A stretch of DNA of 63,705 nucleotides, counting the filler, from Octopus bimaculoides (lineage: Eukaryota), in NCBI RefSeq assembly GCF_001194135.2. It is 7 parts of 6 records of this genome, joined end to end, with 100 filler letters (N's around TTAATTAATTAA, not from the genome) between each part and the next. Parts side by side here need not be neighbours in the genome. Positions count along the whole stretch, not along the records: positions 53,413 to 59,425 come from NC_069010.1; positions 59,526 to 62,210 come from NC_068997.1; positions 62,311 to 63,705 come from NC_069008.1; 4 more parts are not named here. One strand, 5' to 3'. The notes under the pieces are model-generated. The model searched no databases. It was not told the origin of the DNA and was given only the letters and a program-made list of their open reading frames with translations. The first letter of the stretch is position 1. Each line of letters opens with the position of its first letter. This document shows, one piece after another, positions 55,651-63,705 of the stretch. Position numbers and translations under genes: made by a program.

Positions 55651-55994
55651 GGATCTTTTTTAAAACGAGGGCCACATTTTTCATTAATGTTTTACGTAGT
55701 GTTGTTGGTACCGAAAGACTTTCAAACTTCGTATACTTATCTATTTTGTGTTATAGAACAGAAAAATATTTTTGTATTCGAATTTATTTCATGTAAAAAA
55801 TTGTCTTATTTCGATAATTTCAACCAATCACTGACAAGTATTCAGTTGTTTATATTTACTCCTTTGGCTGCTTAAGCGATGTAAAGCATATTTAATCTCC
55901 ACACCTTCGTTTTATTTGCTTTTTTCATTTTAAATTTGCTTTAACCCTAACCCTAACCTTAGGGTTAGGGTTAATTGTTTCAGAATCGTTTGTT
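55651..55994 (+). mobile_element. Interspersed element with a (TAACCC)n-(TTAGGG)n palindromic core, copy 2
   Basis: Same 5' 180 bp as copy 1; shorter core ttaaccctaaccctaaccttagggttagggttaa at 55941-55974. Confidence 0.85.
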
Positions 55995-57600
55995 NNNNNN
56001 NNNNNNNNNNNNNNNNNNNNNNNNNNNNNNNNNNNNNNNNNNNNNNNNNNNNNNNNNNNNNNNNNNNNNNNNNNNNNNNNNNNNNNNNNNNNNNNNNNNN
56101 NNNNNNNNNNNNNNNNNNNNNNNNNNNNNNNNNNNNNNNNNNNNNNNNNNNNNNNNNNNNNNNNNNNNNNNNNNNNNNNNNNNNNNNNNNNNNNNNNNNN
56201 NNNNNNNNNNNNNNNNNNNNNNNNNNNNNNNNNNNNNNNNNNNNNNNNNNNNNNNNNNNNNNNNNNNNNNNNNNNNNNNNNNNNNNNNNNNNNNNNNNNN
56301 NNNNNNNNNNNNNNNNNNNNNNNNNNNNNNNNNNNNNNNNNNNNNNNNNNNNNNNNNNNNNNNNNNNNNNNNNNNNNNNNNNNNNNNNNNNNNNNNNNNN
56401 NNNNNNNNNNNNNNNNNNNNNNNNNNNNNNNNNNNNNNNNNNNNNNNNNNNNNNNNNNNNNNNNNNNNNNNNNNNNNNNNNNNNNNNNNNNNNNNNNNNN
56501 NNNNNNNNNNNNNNNNNNNNNNNNNNNNNNNNNNNNNNNNNNNNNNNNNNNNNNNNNNNNNNNNNNNNNNNNNNNNNNNNNNNNNNNNNNNNNNNNNNNN
56601 NNNNNNNNNNNNNNNNNNNNNNNNNNNNNNNNNNNNNNNNNNNNNNNNNNNNNNNNNNNNNNNNNNNNNNNNNNNNNNNNNNNNNNNNNNNNNNNNNNNN
56701 NNNNNNNNNNNNNNNNNNNNNNNNNNNNNNNNNNNNNNNNNNNNNNNNNNNNNNNNNNNNNNNNNNNNNNNNNNNNNNNNNNNNNNNNNNNNNNNNNNNN
56801 NNNNNNNNNNNNNNNNNNNNNNNNNNNNNNNNNNNNNNNNNNNNNNNNNNNNNNNNNNNNNNNNNNNNNNNNNNNNNNNNNNNNNNNNNAAAAAAAAAGG
56901 CATTTTAAAATTTTAATTCCCCCCACCCCAATTCTTCAAGTTTCACTTTTTTCAGAAACTTTTTTTGTGAAATATGTAGAAAAATACGAAGATTATGTTT
57001 GTAAATTGAAGAATTTGGTTGGGGAAGGATTCAAATTTTTAAATGGCATTTTTTTGAGGGGGGAGAATCAGAATCTCTGTACTCGAAAATGGGGGATTCT
57101 GTAAAAAAAAAAAAAAACGAAAGGGGGTGTGATCCACATTCTTTACATCCACCCAAGTTTGATGTACAAAGTGGCATATTTGTGGTGTTGAGTGGTGGGT
57201 GGCATGTTAGGAATGTGGCCTGGGTGCCAAGTAGGTGGCAGCCTGAAAAATTTTGGGAGCCATGGCTCTACAGCGAGTTTGTCAACAGCAAATGACATTG
57301 AGAATCCCCAAAACACAGATTCAAAGACCAGCTGAAGTGCTCCCGCCCAAGGTGCCACGCAGTGGGACTGAACCCAGAACCGTGTGGTTCGTAAGCAAGC
57401 TAGTTACCACACAGCCACTCCTACGCCTATGTCACACATAAACTTTTAACAGCAAATACTCAGATGGGCTCCCAAGGACCTTATAGACCCCAGTCGAGAA
57501 CCAATCACTGCTATAGATAGATGTCAACTATTTATAAAATATTTCGATGTCTCCTGTATTTCGTTGTGTATCCTTGTGTGTTTTTTTTTCTTTTTTACAG

Positions 57601-57767
57601 CTTCAAGCACTAAAGTCTGACCTCAGGGATGTCTTGTACTCACACAAGTGGACACCAGATGCCTACCTCATAGCTAAGGCATATATCGCTTTCGATGATG
57701 CTAAGGCAGCTCAGAAGGACCGAAGTAAACCATTGAGGTCGACACCTAAACTGCTCTCAAAGAAGGA
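57601..57767 (+). CDS. Penultimate coding exon of the same gene: LQALKSDLRDVLYSHKWTPDAYLIAKAYIAFDDAKAAQKDRSKPLRSTPKLLSKK(E)
   Basis: Strong acceptor tttttttcttttttacag| and donor GA|gtaagt; starts in phase 0 and ends in phase 2; the frame continues from the previous exon without stops. Confidence 0.9.
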
Positions 57768-57806
57768 GTAAGTCATTTCATCCTCTGTCTCTCTATCTAT
57801 CTATTT

Positions 57807-58200
57807 AGCTAACTGTCTACATGTCTATCTGTCTAGCAATATCTATGTAGCTAACTGTCTACATGTCTATCTGTCTAGCAATATCTATGTAGCTAACTGT
57901 CTACATGTCTATCTGTCTAGCAATATCTATGTAGCTAACTGTCTACATGTCTATCTGTCTAGCAATATCTATGTAGCTNNNNNNNNNNNNNNNNNNNNNN
58001 NNNNNNNNNNNNNNNNNNNNNNNNNNNNNNNNNNNNNNNNNNNNNNNNNNNNNNNNNNNNNNNNNNNNNNNNNNNNNNNNNNNNNNNNNNNNNNNNNNNN
58101 NNNNNNNNNNNCTATCTATTTAGCTAACTGTCTACATGTCTATCTGTCTAGCAATATCTATGTAGCTAACTGTCTACATGTCTATCTATCTAGCAATATC
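57807..58200. repeat. 42-bp minisatellite in the last intron, interrupted by a gap
   Basis: Unit agctaactgtctacatgtctatctgtctagcaatatctatgt at 57807, 57849, 57891, 57933 and again after the gap. Confidence 0.95.
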
Positions 58201-58246
58201 TGTCTGTTTGTCTCTCTTTCTCTCAGTTTGTTTGTCTGTCTATCTG

Positions 58247-58279
<33 letters not shown>

Positions 58280-58462
58280 ATTCTTTATCTGTCCATCCAT
58301 CCATCCATTTGTCTGTCTCTTTGTCTATTTATCTCTCTCTCTCTTTTTATCTATCTCTCTATCTATCTATCTATCTATCTATCTATTTGTCTATTTCTTG
58401 TTTCTCTCTCTCTCTCTCTATTTATTGCTCTCACTCCGTTTCTCTCTCTCTCTCAACCACAG

Positions 58463-58610
58463 GCTGGAGGAACGTGGAGCCGCCTCTGTAGCCGACAACC
58501 TCACATTACCTCCTCTGAAGCAGACGGTGGGCAATGCCGCAGTGGAACGACGGAAGCGAACTCGAACTCTGCAGAAACGGCGGCTAAAAGACAGGGAAAT
58601 GATGTTTTGA
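58463..58610 (+). CDS. Terminal coding exon of the same gene: (E)LEERGAASVADNLTLPPLKQTVGNAAVERRKRTRTLQKRRLKDREMMF*
   Basis: (TC)n tract plus accacag| acceptor; the phase-2 start completes GA|G = Glu; TGA at 58608-58610. Confidence 0.85.
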
Positions 58611-58961
58611 AAAACAAGCAAGCATCCTCTGGATCCCCNNNNNNNNNNNNNNNNNNNNNNNNNNNNNNNNNNNNNNNNNNNNNNNNNNNNNNNNNNNNNN
58701 NNCCCCACTCCCGACACCCCTTCCCTGCCCCCTGCCTCTGTACAACTGCACTCACGACCATATCCCACTCTCCCACCCAATCCATTGTACCCTGTTCTGC
58801 CCCGCTGGACTGCTCTGCTGCCTCTTTCACTTTCACTTTCATCGTCATCGTCATCATCATCATCATCAGTAGCAATGTCATCATCGTTGTCATTATCGTC
58901 ATTTGTTTCTTTTGTCTTTCTTTCTCCCTTTCTTTTCCTCTTCTCTTTCAGTTGACCATGA

Positions 58962-58993
<32 letters not shown>

Positions 58994-59525
58994 GGATGGC
59001 AAGAAGAACAAAGAGGAAGTCCTTTTTCACATACACATACACACATATGCACCCATGCACACACACACACACACATATGCACATGCACACACACACACAC
59101 ACATGCTTGTGTACACTCACCCATGCATACACATGCACACACATACACACGTTTATTCACATGTGCATGTTCACACGCACACACATATATACACACACAC
59201 ACACATATATACACACACAAACGCACAAATGTAAGTGCATACAGACATACATATGCATGTAAGCATGCACACACACACACACACACACACATATACTTGC
59301 ATGTATATACGCAGGTACGCATGCATACACACACACACACACACTTGCACATACTCAAACACACACATACACACATGTATTTACAGACACACATACACGC
59401 AGCCATATACACACATGCACGCATTNNNNNNNNNNNNNNNNNNNNNNNNNNNNNNNNNNNNNNNNNNNNTTAATTAATTAANNNNNNNNNNNNNNNNNNN
59501 NNNNNNNNNNNNNNNNNNNNNNNNN

Positions 59526-59571
<46 letters not shown>

Positions 59572-60899
59572 CACACCCACACATATGTTCATACATCATC
59601 TGATTGATTATACATACATACATACATACACACATACTTATATATATATGTATTGGCATAGCTATGTGGTTAAGAAGCTTACTTCCCAACCCTGTGGACT
59701 CGGGTTCAGTTGCACTACGCAGCACTTTGGGCAAGTGTCTTCTACTGTAGCCTTAGGCTGACCAACACTTTGTAATTGAATTTGGTAGACAGAAACTGAA
59801 AAGCTTGTCATGTTTGTCTGGACATGATGTTATATTTGTAAATGAGTGTCACCAACCTGAAAACAAGCAATGTTGTTCATTTCCAGTCTTCCATGACAAA
59901 CATGTCTGGCTATGGTAAAATATTATCTTACTTGGAAACAGGTGAGGTACTCTATAGAAAAAAGTGTNNNNNNNNNNNNNNNNNNNNNNNNNNNNNNNNN
60001 NNNNNNNNNNNNNNNNNNNNNNNNNNNNNNNNNNNNNNNNNNNNNNNNNNNNNNNNNNNNNNNNNNNNNNNNNNNNNNNNNNNNNNNNNNNNNNNNNNNN
60101 NNNNNNNNNNNNNNNNNNNNNNNNNNNNNNNNNNNNNNNNNNNNNNNNNNNNNNNNNNNNNNNNNNNNNNNNNNNNNNNNNNNNNNNNNNNNNNNNNNNN
60201 NNNNNNNNNNNNNNNNNNNNNNNNNNNNNNNNNNNNNNNNNNNNNNNNNNNNNNNNNNNNNNNNNNNNNNNNNNNNNNNNNNNNNNNNNNNNNNNNNNNN
60301 NNNNNNNNNNNNNNNNNNNNNNNNNNNNNNNNNNNNNNNNNNNNNNNNNNNNNNNNNNNNNNNNNNNNNNNNNNNNNNNNNNNNNNNNNNNNNNNNNNNN
60401 NNNNNNNNNNNNNNNNNNNNNNNNNNNNNNNNNNNNNNNNNNNNNNNNNNNNNNNNNNNNNNNNNNNNNNNNNNNNNNNNNNNNNNNNNNNNNNNNNNNN
60501 NNNNNNNNNNNNNNNNNNNNNNNNNNNNNNNNNNNNNNNNNNNNNNNNNNNNNNNNNNNNNNNNNNNNNNNNNNNNNNNNNNNNNNNNNNNNNNNNNNNN
60601 NNNNNNNNNNNNNNNNNNNNNNNNNNNNNNNNNNNNNNNNNNNNNNNNNNNNNNNNNNNNNNNNNNNNNNNNNNNNNNNNNNNNNNNNNNNNNNNNNNNN
60701 NNNNNNNNNNNNNNNNNNNNNNNNNNNNNNNNNNNNNNNNNNNNNNNNNNNNNNNNNNNNNNNNNNNNNNNNNNNNNNNNNNNNNNNNNNNNNNNNNNNN
60801 NNNNNNNNNNNNNNNNNNNNNNNNNNNNNNNNNNNNNNNNNNNNNNNNNNNNNNNNNNNNNNNNNNNNNNNNTATATATATATATATATATATATATAT

Positions 60900-61081
60900 G
60901 ATAGATCGCTGACCAAAACATTTAATTTTTTTTCTCTTTGTTTTCTCCGTATTCTTTCTGTTGAAGAGCGTAGCTCGAAACGTTAAAGACTTTCTCTATT
61001 CCCGAGCGTTAAACTAATACATCCTTTTGTTGTTTACACCACCTGTCCTCGTCTGTTGTTGTTTTTTTCGTAAATTCTCCC
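60900..61081 (+). mobile_element. About 180-bp hammerhead-bearing non-autonomous element in (TA)n
   Basis: Flanked by (TA)n; a partial relative lacking the ribozyme lies at about 7325-7400 on the minus strand. Confidence 0.6.
60953..60989 (+). ncRNA. Minimal type I hammerhead ribozyme motif with an A6U core variant
   Basis: TCTTT-CTGTTGA-A-GAGC-GTA-GCTC-GAAAC-GT-T-AAAGA: 5-bp stem I and 4-bp stem II. Confidence 0.65.
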
Positions 61082-63669
61082 ATATATATATATATATGTA
61101 TATGAAAGAATAATTATAATGATTCGCATTTTCTTCTGTCCTGTAATAACAATGACATGGAATGTGTGAAGTGATGATGTTCATTCATCTCTCATAGCAT
61201 TGAAGCAGCTGGTATGACAGAGCATTCTATGGAATGCTTTGGCGTTTTCAGACTAGTCCTTGTATGTTTCTAGCTCAAAATCTCAGTGTTCTTGTCTTTA
61301 CTTTACACTTACCTGGATTCAATGAAGCAGGTGCTATACTCACTCTCATTTTGGTGCTAATTGCCTTTATACATCCTCTTCACATGTGTGTGTGTGTGTG
61401 TGTGTGTGTGAGTGATGTAATTATTTGTTATTTTTGTTCCACAGATATAAATAGAAAAATGATTTACAATAATTTGTGTATATCTTATATCTCAGACTTA
61501 GCTGCTGCCAAACACTTCATGCAGTCAGTCTTTTCTCCCCAGAACCGTAACCCTCTTCAATTGTCTCTCCGCTGGTTTTGGTCCACCCCACCCCACCCCT
61601 ACACTTGTCCTACATTCTGAGTATCAACCTGTATCAATCTCATCAGCCTGGGAATATGACCTGCAAAAGTTACGGTCAATGTCCTGTCCCTTTTGACTAA
61701 ATTTATTATACATCGACAAAAAAAGAACCCAGAAATCTCATGAAAGCTTGATAAGTTGACTTCACCATAAGCATGTAAAAAAATGGGGTTTTTTTTATTT
61801 GTTATTATTGAAAATTGAGTATTTAGATTTGCTTGCATCGCATTTCTTGCAATAAGACAGAAGAGTGCATGCACTGCACTTTGCTGCAAGCAAATCACGC
61901 ATGCAATAATGCATTGCATGAAAAGAAACACTCAAGGTTTTCAAATATCCCATTATTTTCTAATTCATCTCAAAAGCTGCACACCTATAACTCATATGCA
62001 CCACAAGAGTGCCATGTCACAGGAGTCCGAAATGTCTGCTTCTTTGGGTAGAAATACCATATTTTCCAGCAGAAAAAATCAACATAGTAAATAGAATACA
62101 CATTCAAATATTGTCTTTCCAATTCCTGCTGCATTTCACGTGGAATTTTTGTTCCTCCAAAGTCTTCTGGGTGTCTTAAGTCAACCTACTTTTTTGTGGG
62201 GGCTGTAAACNNNNNNNNNNNNNNNNNNNNNNNNNNNNNNNNNNNNNNNNNNNNTTAATTAATTAANNNNNNNNNNNNNNNNNNNNNNNNNNNNNNNNNN
62301 NNNNNNNNNNTATATATATATACACACACACATATACACTCGCTATTAAATACGCAGTTAAGTGATAAATAAATGCGAACGTTCTGCAGCGCAGATCAAC
62401 AGCTTCTGTCAGTTTCTCAATTTTTGCGCGAAAACGTTACTTGTGACGTAGATGTCTGGAGTGCTTCTGGAGTAGTGTGTACGTTTATGTTAGTGTGTGT
62501 GTGTGTGTCTGTGTGCGCGGGTATGTGTGTGTGTGTGTGACGTATAAGGCGGGTAAAAGGAGAAGGAGGGATACGTATAGAGAGAGTGAAGGAGTGAGGG
62601 AGGGAGGGAGAGAGAAGAAGAAAAAAAACGCGGGAGAAAGCCATGCTTGGTAACACGTGCACAGTTTATCAATAATGTAATATTTACTTAATGTATGTGT
62701 ATGTGTGCATCTGCATCTGTGTATATATATATATATATACACACACACACAACCACACACATATATATATATAGAGATAGATAGATAGATAGATAGATAA
62801 CGATACATATAAACATACATATATATATATATATGTATGTTTATATGTATCGTTATCTCTCTCTCTCTCTCTCTCTATGTATATATATATATATATATTT
62901 GTATGTGTAAATATGTTTGTGTATATATATATACACATAAATGTACACATACATATGCGTATCTCGTTACATGTGTTTGTATGATTGCGTCTGTGTGTTT
63001 ATACAAGTAACTGTGTATAAATACTATATATATCTTTTACACGCTTCAGTTGGCCATGCTGGAGCACAACTGTGAAGAATTTTAGTCGAATGAATCGATC
63101 ACCCCTATACCTTTTTTTCTCAAATCCCGATTAACCGAACGTAAACACACACACACACAATGGGCTTATTTTAGTTTCTGCGTACCAGATCCACTCACAA
63201 GTCTTTGGTTGGCCCAGAACTATCGTAAAGCACACTTGCCGTAGGTGCCACGTAGTGGAACTGAACCCGGATCCATCGTGGTTGGGAAACAGACTTCTTA
63301 CCACACACCCACAACGTCCATAATTGCACACACAATGTTTATTACATCAGATGAAGTATTTGTTTTGTCGATCCTGCCTCCACGGAACAGGATACCCTCT
63401 GTCTGTCTGTCTGTCTGTGTAACAAAAGAGGCTGAGGGGACAGCGAATAAACGTTGTTGTTGTTGTTGTTGTTGCTGCTTTAGCCCCTGTCTCTGTCCAC
63501 CCGACTCTGCCCGTCCTCTGACCAAACAAAACGATGGTCGCCCAATATGTTGCGTCGTTCTGTCGGCGTGGCTTGGCTGCTATTTCTAACACACCGACTG
63601 TCCAGGTAGAGGCCGGGTCATTGCCATCGTAGCCTTGACACGTATTATGTGTTGATCAGGCATTCGGGA

Positions 63670-63705
<36 letters not shown>

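Noticed and set aside
55100-55796. His/Ser/Thr-rich ORFs of 187 and 209 aa
   Set aside because: (CAT/CAC)n triplet array lying just after a canonical donor; all frames are open because of low complexity.
61599-61931. 110-aa minus-strand ORF with TGCA-rich upstream part
   Set aside because: No recognisable domain or splice signals; more likely UTR, intergenic or unclassified repeat sequence.
63534-63605. Possible first exon MVAQYVASFCRRGLAAISNTPTVQ|gtagag with good Kozak context
   Set aside because: The minus strand looks like a decayed RTE-type 3' end with a (CAA)n tail (HLSRMPD...); the two readings cannot be distinguished here.

Overview
Eukaryotic, AT-rich, gappy draft-assembly DNA dominated by microsatellites and transposon debris. 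The tRNA-derived SINE families, (TA)n/(CA)n density and repeat spectrum look like an octopus (coleoid cephalopod) genome; this is recognition from memory, not a database result. Almost all ORFs in the supplied track are artefacts of microsatellites or N-runs. The only well-supported host gene is the 3' end of a + strand, uncharacterised, probably coiled-coil protein. It has three phase-compatible GT-AG exons (54859-55060, 57601-57767, 58463-58610), and I could not locate its upstream exons. Mobile content: a near-full-length but disabled Tc1/mariner element with TIRs and TA TSDs (47426-48595), several other mariner fragments, RTE-clade and R4/Dong-like (RLE) LINE remnants, Penelope-like (PLE) fragments, a BEL/Pao-like integrase remnant, a tandem non-autonomous Helitron, palindromic MITE-like elements and three SINE families. 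The most notable observation is a set of minimal type I hammerhead-ribozyme motifs that share one architecture but have different, compensating stems (43911-43945, 60953-60989, 21965-22008, and a degenerate one at about 1069-1112). Two sit in 180-220 bp elements inserted in (TA)n and one sits in a tRNA-headed SINE. A repeat whose core is an inverted (TAACCC)n/(TTAGGG)n palindrome occurs twice.
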